Of a stretch of 64,000 nt of DNA, positions 48,763 through 57,916 are shown in pieces (the stretch's first letter is position 1; the number at the start of each line of letters is the position of its first letter). The notes beneath the pieces are model-generated. The model did no database searches, had not been told where the DNA came from, and was given only the letters and a program-made list of their open reading frames with translations. The stretch comes from Candidatus Nomurabacteria bacterium RIFCSPHIGHO2_01_FULL_37_25 (GTDB taxonomy: Bacteria > Patescibacteriota > Minisyncoccia > Phycocordibacterales > UBA9973), in NCBI GenBank assembly GCA_001786765.1, contig MFTH01000015.1, positions 1,548 through 65,547 of the forward strand, in the 5' to 3' direction. The translations under genes and the position numbers were made by a program.

Positions 48763-49170
48763 TTATTTGCACGAACTCGAAAACTCATATCCTGCCTTCT
48801 CTGCCTCTTCCCTTGTAAAAAAATAAACTCTATTTTCTTGTTTGATTGTTTTGCCAGCAGAACAACTAAAAGAATAATATTTACTTCCCCGATTGGAAGC
48901 GAAAAAATTTTTTCCAGAATTTGAATTCTGAACTTGAACAGTTTTTGTACTTATGTCAAAGATGCCCTTTGATATGCTATCAGTCGCAGATATTACATTG
49001 GTTTCTTGATTCGGATATTCTATCTTAATGCCTGAACTTATATTGTTTTTTGATAATCTACCTAACTCAAACGACCCCAAACCTAATAAAATAACAATCA
49101 GAACTATTAAAATGTCTTTCCCTTTCTCATTTTCTAAGCTATATGTTATTATTTGCTTGATTTTTTCCAT
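48763..49170 (-). CDS. Membrane-anchored protein with a C-terminal Ada-metal-binding-like domain
   Basis: ASNRGSKYY...C...IKQENRVYF...EEAEKAGY...C. Confidence 0.7.
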   Translation of the reverse strand: MEKIKQIITYSLENEKGKDILIVLIVILLGLGSFELGRLSKNNISSGIKIEYPNQETNVISATDSISKGIFDISTKTVQVQNSNSGKNFFASNRGSKYYSFSCSAGKTIKQENRVYFFTREEAEKAGYEFSSSCK

Positions 49171-49196
49171 GAAATTGTTTATACTGTATCACACAT

Positions 49197-49469
49197 ATGG
49201 CACATAGAAAAGCTGGCGGAACCGCCAAAAATTTAAGAGATTCTAACCCACAATATCTCGGTATTAAGCTTTCTGATGGGCAAAGGGCTCAATCTGGCTC
49301 TATTATCGTCAGACAACGCGGTACAGCCATTATGGCAGGCAATAATGTCTCTGTAGGCAAAGACCACACACTTTTTGCCCTAAAACCCGGTATAGTAAAA
49401 TTTGGCTCTAAACGCAAAATTTCTTTTAATGGCACAACAGTAGAAAAAAAAGTAGTGAATGTAAATTAA
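49197..49469 (+). CDS. rpmA: 50S ribosomal protein L27
   Basis: [25 protein letters not shown]. Confidence 0.97.
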   Translation: MAHRKAGGTAKNLRDSNPQYLGIKLSDGQRAQSGSIIVRQRGTAIMAGNNVSVGKDHTLFALKPGIVKFGSKRKISFNGTTVEKKVVNVN

Positions 49470-49490
49470 TTTAAGATCTTGAGTTTCTTA

Positions 49491-49934
49491 TTATATCTTC
49501 TCTATAATAAGTTGGAAAGACGATTTTTTGTTTTTTATCTCAATTGGAATTTTAAACTCCCCTACTTCTTTGATTGGTTTTTCTAAAATAATGAATTCTT
49601 CGTTAATTTCTATATGATGTCGTTTAGACATTTCATCTAGAATTTCTTTTTTATGAATTGCGGAAAAAAGATGACCTTGATCATTCGTTTTACATTTTAT
49701 TATAACAGCCTTATCTTTTATTTCCTCTAAATTTTTCATTAAAAGATCCTCTTGCACTTCCCTTTCAATAATAATTTCTTTTTTCTTCATTTCAAGTTCT
49801 GCCACGGCTTTTGGTGTAGCAACAACAGCTAATTTCCTAGAAAATAAAAAATTCATGGCGTAGCCGTCATTTACTTCCTTGATGTCATATTTTCTTCCCA
49901 CCCTCGGCACATCTTTTAAGAATATTACTCGCAT
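49491..49934 (-). CDS. rplI: 50S ribosomal protein L9
   Basis: MRVIFLKDV, VNDGYAMNFL, PIKEVG. Confidence 0.95.
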   Translation of the reverse strand: MRVIFLKDVPRVGRKYDIKEVNDGYAMNFLFSRKLAVVATPKAVAELEMKKKEIIIEREVQEDLLMKNLEEIKDKAVIIKCKTNDQGHLFSAIHKKEILDEMSKRHHIEINEEFIILEKPIKEVGEFKIPIEIKNKKSSFQLIIEKI

Positions 49935-49948
49935 AATTAGGTTCTTTT

Positions 49949-51169
49949 CTAGGGGCTAGGTTCTAATAATAGTTGTGTCGCTTTATCTAATTGTGGATCC
50001 TTTTTATCTTCTAAATCTTTTTTAATAAACTCCACTTCATAATCCGGCGTGAGTCCTTTTCCTTCAATCAAATTTCCATTAGGTGTGAGCCATTTAGCCA
50101 CCGTAATTTTAAGAAGAGTGTCTGGGGTAATTTTTATTGCTTCCTGCACTGAGCCTTTTCCAAAGCTTTGCTTCCCTACCAACTTTGCAATTTTATAATC
50201 TTGCAGAGCCCCAGCCAAGATTTCAGATGCCGAAGCAGATCCACCATCTATCAAGACAACAAACTTTAATTTGTCATTAAATACATCATAACCTCGACTT
50301 CTAAATACTTCTGGTTTTGTGTTGTTGCCATAATCTTCAGTTACAATAATTTTCCCTCCGGGCAAGAACCAGCTTGCCATATCCACCGCCGCATCTAAAT
50401 ATCCACCAGGGTTTCCTCGTAGATCCAGTAACAATTTATCAGTCCCCGATTCGGCAAATTCTTTGATTGCATTACGGAAAAGACTGGCTGAGTTAGCAGA
50501 AAAACTATAAAGTTTTATTACAAAAATACCGTTTGATTGGAGTTCTGTATCAAGGGTTGGAACATCAATGACATCTCTTACAATTTTTATTTCTATCGGA
50601 TCTTTATTCCCCTCACGAAAGATTGTGAGTACAACTTCTGTGCCCTTCTCCCCTCTTATTAATTTAATTGCTTTTTCAATACTTAAACCAGAAGTGACTG
50701 TTTTGTCAATCTTCAAAATTTTATCACCAGGCTTAATGTTTGCCCTATAAGCGGGAGTGTCTTTGAGTGGAGCGATAACTGTGAGAACTTTGTCTTTTAT
50801 GCCAACCTCCATGCCAACTCCAGTAAAGTTGCCAGCTATTTCATCTTCAAAAGCTTGCGCGTCATCCGGGTTAAAAAACACACTGTATGGGTCGTCTAAA
50901 GAGCTCATCAAACCCGAGATAGCGCCATAAATTTTATCTTGGTCAGATGTTTCATCAGCTCTGGGATATTTTTCGTTAATAGTGTTCCAGACCTTCCAAA
51001 AAGAAGCAAAATCTGCATTTGTTGCGATTTGCGTTTCTTTATTAGAAAGACCTATAACTTTATCTATTTCTGGACGATTGTGAACACCAACATAAACACC
51101 AAAAATAAAAAATAAAACAACAAGAAAAACAACAGTAGGAATATATCTTGTTTTTGAGAATTGCTCCAT
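49949..51169 (-). CDS. S41A C-terminal processing protease with PDZ domain
   Basis: LDDPYS, DLRGNPGG, SASASEILAGAL, FGKGSVQ. Confidence 0.93.
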   Translation of the reverse strand: MEQFSKTRYIPTVVFLVVLFFIFGVYVGVHNRPEIDKVIGLSNKETQIATNADFASFWKVWNTINEKYPRADETSDQDKIYGAISGLMSSLDDPYSVFFNPDDAQAFEDEIAGNFTGVGMEVGIKDKVLTVIAPLKDTPAYRANIKPGDKILKIDKTVTSGLSIEKAIKLIRGEKGTEVVLTIFREGNKDPIEIKIVRDVIDVPTLDTELQSNGIFVIKLYSFSANSASLFRNAIKEFAESGTDKLLLDLRGNPGGYLDAAVDMASWFLPGGKIIVTEDYGNNTKPEVFRSRGYDVFNDKLKFVVLIDGGSASASEILAGALQDYKIAKLVGKQSFGKGSVQEAIKITPDTLLKITVAKWLTPNGNLIEGKGLTPDYEVEFIKKDLEDKKDPQLDKATQLLLEPSP

Positions 51170-51184
51170 AATCTAAATCAGATA

Positions 51185-51421
51185 TTATATTTCTTTTTTT
51201 ATTTCTTCTCTGTTAAAAAAGTTATTTTCTGAAAAGTTGTCAAAAGTTTTTTCTTCATTATTTTCTTTTACTTTTGATTCTTTATATAGTGTATAACTTA
51301 TGTAAATAAGCCCCAACCCGGAAAGAGTCGTTAAAACATCCTTCCAAGAATATGGAAAGCCTAGATATGGCAATACTGCCACCCAGATGCCTAAAATTAA
51401 AAGTGTGTAGACTTTACGCAT
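51185..51421 (-). CDS. Small two-TM membrane protein
   Basis: LGIWVAVLPYLGFP...WK hydrophobic pattern. Confidence 0.65.
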   Translation of the reverse strand: MRKVYTLLILGIWVAVLPYLGFPYSWKDVLTTLSGLGLIYISYTLYKESKVKENNEEKTFDNFSENNFFNREEIKKEI

Positions 51422-51461
51422 AGAAACATTATACTTTATGATTAAGATATATGCAACGAGA

Positions 51462-52841
51462 TTATTCTTTGAATTTCTTTAGGCAGTATATTAAAAGAGA
51501 AATTACAAAAGCAATTAATAAAACAGGTAGAATGCAATATTCTTGAATCAAGCTAGCTAAAATCATCACCAAAAAAGAAGAACCTACAAAAAAAAGGTAG
51601 AATCTATTCCAAATTTCCTTTTCTGGCATTCTAGATTCTTCATACTTTTTTCTAATCCATAAATGCCAAATCATATATAATGCTAAAAGTATGAGAATGC
51701 CAATTAAAGTACAAATCGATACTAGATTATCAAAACCAGAAAGCAATACATTAGCGACTAAATTATTATCTAAATCTAGATTATCATCTTCTATTTGAGA
51801 CGCATCCCCTTCAGAATTTGTGTCAGAAAATTCTGAGCTCGTCGGACTTGAAAACCCTTCAGAATCTGAACGGTCCGTTGATGAATCATCTGTGTTTACG
51901 GAGGAGTTTCCTCCGTCTATGTTTGGATTATTTGGATTATTCGTAGCGAGTAAAGGTACTGCGAAATATTTTTCAAAACTTATAGTCGGTGGTGAAGCGC
52001 GAGAAACAACACGATAAACATAAGTTTGTCCTGGAGTAAGTCCTGTTATTAATACAGAGTGATGCAAAACTTTGGTTGGGTCTTCAATAGTGCCAGATGG
52101 GTATCCAAAATATAATGCATTCATATCCAGAGTATATAAAGGAGGAGTTGGTCCATAAACGACCTGACTAGTTGACAGAACATTCGTGTCCCAAGTTATT
52201 GTCGCTGTAGCTGTCGCTGGGAATCCGCCTACTTCCGTAATATCTACTGTTTTTTCATTAAATATAGTAAGAACTATTGGCCCTCCCCCACTTCCGCCTC
52301 CATTCGAAGGACCTCCGCCTGTCGAGGGGCCTCCGTCTGTATCATTTTCATCTCCCACAACAGTATCGCCACAATGTTTTGTCCCGCCTGAAAATCCAAC
52401 GCAGACATCAAAACCAAGAGTTTTCCCTTGATAAGAATTATCACTTGAATCAACAAAAGAAATAGTATAAGTAAAAACCTTGGATTCTCCGTTAGTAATT
52501 GCGCCTAAAGAAACTTCACCGGCAGTTGAGAGAAAATTAGCAAGAGTATCATCAAATAAAATTCCGCTAGTTCCTGCTATTTCAAGATGCAAAAGACTGC
52601 CAAAATTATCATTGTCTGTTACATTAATTGCTTCAGTTAAAATAGTCTGTGACGCTCCAGAATTATTGGTGACTGTTATCTCTCCATTTGTTTCATCGCT
52701 AGGTAGAAAGTTGGGTTTGTTAAATAATGGATCCGGGACAAATGTTACCTGAAGCGGCGCGGCGAAAACATTCGAAGTAAAACCAAAGAGCGTTATTATT
52801 GTGAGTACAGAGAATATAAATTTTTGAATTAATGTTTTCAT
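51462..52841 (-). CDS. Exported surface protein with an Fn3-like domain and C-terminal TM anchor
   Basis: Signal peptide; ATITWDTN and HSVLITGLTPGQTYVYRVVS; three C-terminal hydrophobic segments. Confidence 0.75.
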   Translation of the reverse strand: MKTLIQKFIFSVLTIITLFGFTSNVFAAPLQVTFVPDPLFNKPNFLPSDETNGEITVTNNSGASQTILTEAINVTDNDNFGSLLHLEIAGTSGILFDDTLANFLSTAGEVSLGAITNGESKVFTYTISFVDSSDNSYQGKTLGFDVCVGFSGGTKHCGDTVVGDENDTDGGPSTGGGPSNGGGSGGGPIVLTIFNEKTVDITEVGGFPATATATITWDTNVLSTSQVVYGPTPPLYTLDMNALYFGYPSGTIEDPTKVLHHSVLITGLTPGQTYVYRVVSRASPPTISFEKYFAVPLLATNNPNNPNIDGGNSSVNTDDSSTDRSDSEGFSSPTSSEFSDTNSEGDASQIEDDNLDLDNNLVANVLLSGFDNLVSICTLIGILILLALYMIWHLWIRKKYEESRMPEKEIWNRFYLFFVGSSFLVMILASLIQEYCILPVLLIAFVISLLIYCLKKFKE

Positions 52842-52845
52842 ATTT

Positions 52846-55335
52846 TTATGGTTGTGGTTCTGTGGCTATTACTTCCGGCGCTGACTCTATAATTTGTTCT
52901 ACTTCACCCGCGGTAGCTTCCGGTAAAGGTTGGGATTCTATAATAGCTCCTTCTGGTTCACTTGCGATAACAGGTTCACTTTCTGTTACTAAAACGGGAA
53001 CCTCTTCAGTTTCGGGCTCTGGTGTTGGAGGTGGTGTGACAGATTCTACTATAGTATCTACTACTTCTAATATTTTTGTTACTGCTTCTGGTACTACTGC
53101 CGGAGGAACATCTTCTATAATTTCTCTCATGGTTTCTTCTGTATTTACTTCGGGATTTATATTTCCTGCTGTCGTCATCTCTACCACTGTTTCTTCTTCT
53201 AGAAGGGTCTCTCCTTTTTCTGCAAGTAAAGCAATGATTAGTTGTATTGTGCCCTCGTCAAGTCCCGCATTTATCAAATCTTGCATACTTACACGATTTG
53301 ACTCCCCGGGTGTTGGTTCTGGGTCAACCCAAATACCGCCGTTTGGAATACGCTGATGTGATTTGCCAACTGCAGTACTTGGATATGCATGTCCATCCAT
53401 AAATATATTTGTAGAATTATATAGACGCACAGTATCACCTGTATTATTTAGACGAGCTGTCAAATTTCCAAACTCAAGAACAAGCAATCCGCCAGACGGA
53501 ATGATTGTACTTGCTCCAGCATACGGCTGTACTTGATTGGCAGTCGCTCCTGAAGCGACCACAGAGTAAAATGTTTCCGTCGCTCCTGCTATTTCTGAAA
53601 TTTTCCAATCTAAAACATCAATAGAAGAAGCGGTGGTGTTGTAAAGTTCTATCCACTCACGATCGCTCGGCGCAACACCACCGGCAGGACTAGGGTAGAT
53701 TTCATTCAGCGCTATATCAGAGACATTAGAAGGAACCGAATAAATTCCAAAGAATGGACCAACGAGAGTTATATTATTAGCGCCTCCAAGTCGTATTTGC
53801 TCAGCGCTGTAAAGCGCGCCCCAAACATCAGTGTTATTGCCTGTGGTAATGCCAAACTCATTGGGTAAGTTACTTTTAGTTGAATAAATTGTGCCGTACC
53901 AATCGTTGCTACCACCTAAACTTACCACGCCACCACTTTCTAAATATATTTTATCTGCAGTTCCACCCGTAAGATTAAAGTCAAGATTGCTACCGGTAGT
54001 TACATCGCCTACTACAAATATGAGTATCTCCCCGCCGGACACATCAGCATTTATAATATTATTCCCAGCTAGACTGAAGGAACGAAAGACGTAAGTTCCC
54101 GCAGTCAAGTTAAGTGTCTTACTGTTAGTACTTGTTAAGTCACGATAAATGCCCGGAGCTAAAGTGAGCGGAGAATTATCGGTATTTATATTTATGTCTT
54201 TACCCGCATCGGCATTTGCGCTAAAAATATTTGGTGTTGGTAGAGAAATATCAGTAAAAGTATCTGGAGTCGCTGGAAGTGGTGTCCCATCATTATTGAG
54301 TGTTCCGACGGTAGCATCACCGACAAGCGTCGGCAATACAGTATTCGGCAATGTAAGAGTTCCTAAAATATCAGCGCTGTTGCCCAAAGTAGCGCTCTGC
54401 GCATCCACATCCAAAGACGCCTGTGTGTTAGCGCCTGTAGAAAATAATCCGCCAGACACAACATCTCCATTAAGATTAGTACTGCTACCGACAGTTACGC
54501 TTGCGCCATGAACACTGCCATTTATAATGTTAGATCCACCTAGTGTCACTGAACCGTTTACGATAATTCCTTTTGCGCCTATTGTAACGTTGTCGTGGGT
54601 AGTTACCTTACTCCCTGCCCGAATGCCGAGCTGTACATTCAAGCTACCAATTTCAACGCTTCTATTACTGCCTATCATTCCACCTACAATGTATGAGCTA
54701 TTGCCTGTTTCAGTTTCATTAGTATCACTTACATCACTTGCGCCAAATACAGCAAAATCCTCAATAGGTCCATAATCCAATCCCCAAGTTTCAGCTGTGA
54801 CTGTATTAGTAATAGTTTCTGTATCGTTAAAGCCTATGGGCGATGGCCCAGTTAAATCCGTCTGCCAACCGAAATATTCAAAATTAAATTCACAAGTCAT
54901 TCCTTCTAATTCAGGCGCGTCTGATGTGAGTGTGGCGGTAAAATCCCAATTTTCTGGCGCGTTAAAATTAAACGGGCCAATTTCAAAAGTGGAGAGCGAC
55001 TCGGTAACTGGCAATCCCCCATCTAAAGAAGCTGATAAATCCAAAGCGTCACACAGACCACCTATCACGCCAGTTGTTTTTATTGTGTATTGAAATCCTA
55101 AACTTCCATCATTTGAAATTGAAATGCTTCGCAGGGCATTAATTTCTGGATTCACCTCCGGCGCAAAGTCAGCGTCAGAGTTGAGTGAAAAATCTAAAGA
55201 GGAAGTAGAGAAAAAATTACCACCGGAAGTTTCTTTATCATCATAATATGCATTTGTTTTTTCTACTCCAGAAAAGCCTAAGGTTAGAAGCAAAATTAAA
55301 GTCAAAGCTATTATTTTATTAGACTTCTTTTTCAT
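52846..55335 (-). CDS. SipW-cognate secreted protein: TasA-like N-terminus, beta-solenoid-like middle, lamin-tail domain, acidic P/E/T tail
   Basis: TNA-YYDDKETSGGNFFSTSSLD; LNEIYPSP and EWIELYN; PTPG. Confidence 0.75.
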   Translation of the reverse strand: MKKKSNKIIALTLILLLTLGFSGVEKTNAYYDDKETSGGNFFSTSSLDFSLNSDADFAPEVNPEINALRSISISNDGSLGFQYTIKTTGVIGGLCDALDLSASLDGGLPVTESLSTFEIGPFNFNAPENWDFTATLTSDAPELEGMTCEFNFEYFGWQTDLTGPSPIGFNDTETITNTVTAETWGLDYGPIEDFAVFGASDVSDTNETETGNSSYIVGGMIGSNRSVEIGSLNVQLGIRAGSKVTTHDNVTIGAKGIIVNGSVTLGGSNIINGSVHGASVTVGSSTNLNGDVVSGGLFSTGANTQASLDVDAQSATLGNSADILGTLTLPNTVLPTLVGDATVGTLNNDGTPLPATPDTFTDISLPTPNIFSANADAGKDININTDNSPLTLAPGIYRDLTSTNSKTLNLTAGTYVFRSFSLAGNNIINADVSGGEILIFVVGDVTTGSNLDFNLTGGTADKIYLESGGVVSLGGSNDWYGTIYSTKSNLPNEFGITTGNNTDVWGALYSAEQIRLGGANNITLVGPFFGIYSVPSNVSDIALNEIYPSPAGGVAPSDREWIELYNTTASSIDVLDWKISEIAGATETFYSVVASGATANQVQPYAGASTIIPSGGLLVLEFGNLTARLNNTGDTVRLYNSTNIFMDGHAYPSTAVGKSHQRIPNGGIWVDPEPTPGESNRVSMQDLINAGLDEGTIQLIIALLAEKGETLLEEETVVEMTTAGNINPEVNTEETMREIIEDVPPAVVPEAVTKILEVVDTIVESVTPPPTPEPETEEVPVLVTESEPVIASEPEGAIIESQPLPEATAGEVEQIIESAPEVIATEPQP

Positions 55336-55891
55336 TTTGTATATTTTCTACAACTTCTTCTTTTTGTTTACCCTGAGCTTGTCGAAGGGCTCGCATTTTT
55401 TTAACTTCACTAAATATTTTCATCCCTTCGTCATAAATAACAATAATTGCTGGAAGGATAATAAGAACCGCAAATCCAAGAGGTTTGCGAGCCAAGTCTA
55501 TGATGTAACCCAAAAACGGAATATTAAATAAAACTTTTCCGTGAATATCATTCTGGCGTATTTCATTTGTGTCAGAGTCTTCATTGGCATCCCCTTTGGT
55601 GGTGAACATTATCACCCCACTTTGCGCGCGACTAGAGACTATGCGGTGGGTAGTCGGAATATCTTTTTTTGTGTCTTTGCCAAAAGTCACAACATCTCCC
55701 ACTGTATAATTTAGGCTTGGCTTTATGACAACAATGCTTCCTGTCTTAATGCTCGGTTCCATTGAACCAGATTGCACAATTTTTATTTGATAATTGCCTT
55801 TAATCGGGAAAAGAGCAATCAGTAAAAAAGCGATGACAATAATGATTGTTATGTAAAATGTTGTATAAAGAATTTTAAAGGCTTTATCCAT
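55319..55891 (-). CDS. sipW: ER-type signal peptidase I (SipW-like)
   Basis: VQSGSMEP, GDVVTF, THRIV, TKGDANE, IPFLGY. Confidence 0.88.
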   Translation of the reverse strand: MDKAFKILYTTFYITIIIVIAFLLIALFPIKGNYQIKIVQSGSMEPSIKTGSIVVIKPSLNYTVGDVVTFGKDTKKDIPTTHRIVSSRAQSGVIMFTTKGDANEDSDTNEIRQNDIHGKVLFNIPFLGYIIDLARKPLGFAVLIILPAIIVIYDEGMKIFSEVKKMRALRQAQGKQKEEVVENIQNEKEV

Positions 55892-55985
55892 TTTTTACAG
55901 GCTTTTTAAAAGCCTTATCCTCCCTCACATACTCGATTGCATATGAGGGATTATAAAACTTCAAAATTAATTGAAAATTTTAGTA

Positions 55986-56732
55986 TTATAGATTCACATC
56001 CGCGCACTTGAAGTTTGGATTGTTGCGATACTGTTCACCATAGATAACAAGATCAGCCGAAAGTGAATCGGTTTGAGCCTTGTCGTTCATAGATCCGCCG
56101 TTACATGTTACTTCTCCGCCAAAACCTGCGCCGGGAGCAACTACATGATTTCCTCCACATAGACTCATAGCGAGAAGTTCTGTCTGAATAGGATCAGTAG
56201 GACCATTCCCTGTTGTTGAGTCTCGAAGCGGTAAATCAGTAAAGACATCAAAGAAAGAATCAATGAGAATCGGTTCGTTGGTCTGATGCACTAGGTCCGG
56301 AACAATTTCTTTCCAAACGAGCACATGCACATTTTGACTCAATTCCCCGACAGATGCTGTTGTGTCTCCAGCGTCATCTTCGGCTTCGTTTATGCCATTC
56401 TCTTGATCGTTAAGATTTTTTTTACCGATACAGAGCCAAGCTGGATTACTAGAAACGTGGGCGCTGATACTTCGGTTGTAAATATCAGCCGGCTTTAAAT
56501 CTTCTAAAGTAAAGAATTTCTCATTCGTCAAGTTCATCGCAGGCCAACTCGCATCTTGCACGAGCGCGCCATTGTAAGTCGCTCCGAAAGAGTCAACAGT
56601 AAGATCAACTGAACCAGCGGTAAAGATATTGCCTGTTGAAGTTTCGGTATCATTAAAGAAAGCAACAGTGCCTCCTGCGACAGCTCCGGCAACGACAATA
56701 ATCACAGCCATGCTTAATAATATCTTTTTCAT
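55986..56732 (-). CDS. TasA/CalY-family SipW-dependent protein
   Basis: GGTVA-FFNDTETSTGNIFTAGSVDL; LKPAD; AQTDSL; EQYRNN. Confidence 0.85.
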   Translation of the reverse strand: MKKILLSMAVIIVVAGAVAGGTVAFFNDTETSTGNIFTAGSVDLTVDSFGATYNGALVQDASWPAMNLTNEKFFTLEDLKPADIYNRSISAHVSSNPAWLCIGKKNLNDQENGINEAEDDAGDTTASVGELSQNVHVLVWKEIVPDLVHQTNEPILIDSFFDVFTDLPLRDSTTGNGPTDPIQTELLAMSLCGGNHVVAPGAGFGGEVTCNGGSMNDKAQTDSLSADLVIYGEQYRNNPNFKCADVNL

Positions 56733-56758
56733 AGTTTTTTTAGTTAACTAATAAAAGA

Positions 56759-57679
56759 TTAAAGATCAAATGGGCTAGGGTTATTTCTGTGTTGTTCAAC
56801 TTCAAACGCAATATCACCACTTAGGCTGTCAGTTTGGACTTCATTACCAGTACTCCAAGGAAGATTCCAATTTAGACCAAAGTAATAAGTCGTGCTTCCA
56901 ACCATTCTTCCATCTAAAGCTAGACCGTGACAAAGAAGATAATTATTATGACCATCTACACTTCCTCCTAAATCACCACAAGAATCTTCACCGTCTCCGG
57001 TATTATATGCATTTGTTAAGACTGAAGAAAATTCTTTTTCATCAGTTAAACTCCATGGTTGTCCTTCGTATGACTGCCAAACATTATCTCCTTCTGTTGT
57101 ATCAGGACAACTTACTACTGGAACTCCATCAGGACCTACACACTGAAATCCAGGAGTAGAACCTTGGTCAAGCCACATAGAGAATCCAGGAAGCATTGCG
57201 CTTAATAATTCTCCATCAGAATCACAACCAGGATTATTTTCTGCACTTCCTTCCGGCTCCGTACAGGTGTTATCTAAACTACCACCCAATGTCATTAAAA
57301 CTCTCCCCCACGCATCGTTGTCATAAACATGAAGAGAAATTGTGTCCTCTCCTTTGTCTCCTGGTTTAAGATCATCAAAGCTAAAGAATTTATGTACCCC
57401 ATTTTCAAGATCAGTTTCTGACCAATTGCCCATTACTACTGGACCAGTTTCGTCAGGATCTGTACAACCAACATCTACGTATCCATCTCCATTTGGTCCT
57501 GATTGTCCACCAACATATTGGTAATAATGACACTGACTGTCAACTTTCAAATCAATTGCGCCAGCGGTAAAGGTGTTACCTGTTGATGTCTCTGTATCAG
57601 AGAAAAATGCGCCTGTTGCGCCAGCAACTACAACTCCGACCACTGCTATCATACTCAAACTAAGTAATATTTTTTTCAT
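56759..57679 (-). CDS. TasA/CalY-family SipW-dependent protein, Cys-rich paralog
   Basis: GATGA-FFSDTETSTGNTFTAGAIDL; DLKPGD; NEVQTDSL; EQHRNN. Confidence 0.85.
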   Translation of the reverse strand: MKKILLSLSMIAVVGVVVAGATGAFFSDTETSTGNTFTAGAIDLKVDSQCHYYQYVGGQSGPNGDGYVDVGCTDPDETGPVVMGNWSETDLENGVHKFFSFDDLKPGDKGEDTISLHVYDNDAWGRVLMTLGGSLDNTCTEPEGSAENNPGCDSDGELLSAMLPGFSMWLDQGSTPGFQCVGPDGVPVVSCPDTTEGDNVWQSYEGQPWSLTDEKEFSSVLTNAYNTGDGEDSCGDLGGSVDGHNNYLLCHGLALDGRMVGSTTYYFGLNWNLPWSTGNEVQTDSLSGDIAFEVEQHRNNPSPFDL

Positions 57680-57855
57680 AATTTTATTTTTTTTAATTTA
57701 TAATTTTTAATTTATAATTTTTTCTCGACCTTACGAATTCTTGGTTTTCTGCGAAAACCATAATTTATTTATACACAAGTAGATTATACTCACCTTTTTA
57801 TCCTGTCAAGCTAGGGTGTGAATTGGAAAGTGGATAAAAAAATTACGAATTATCC

Positions 57856-57916
57856 TGAATTACGAAACTTGTCGAAGGCGTGTCTTTTTTAGGGGGTTTC
57901 GAGGCTGTCGAGCCGA
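57856..57916 (+). mobile_element. Truncated GGCTGTCGAGCCGAG-family element (left half)
   Basis: Nearly identical to 6253-6313; ends at the stop codon of the PBP gene. Confidence 0.75.
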
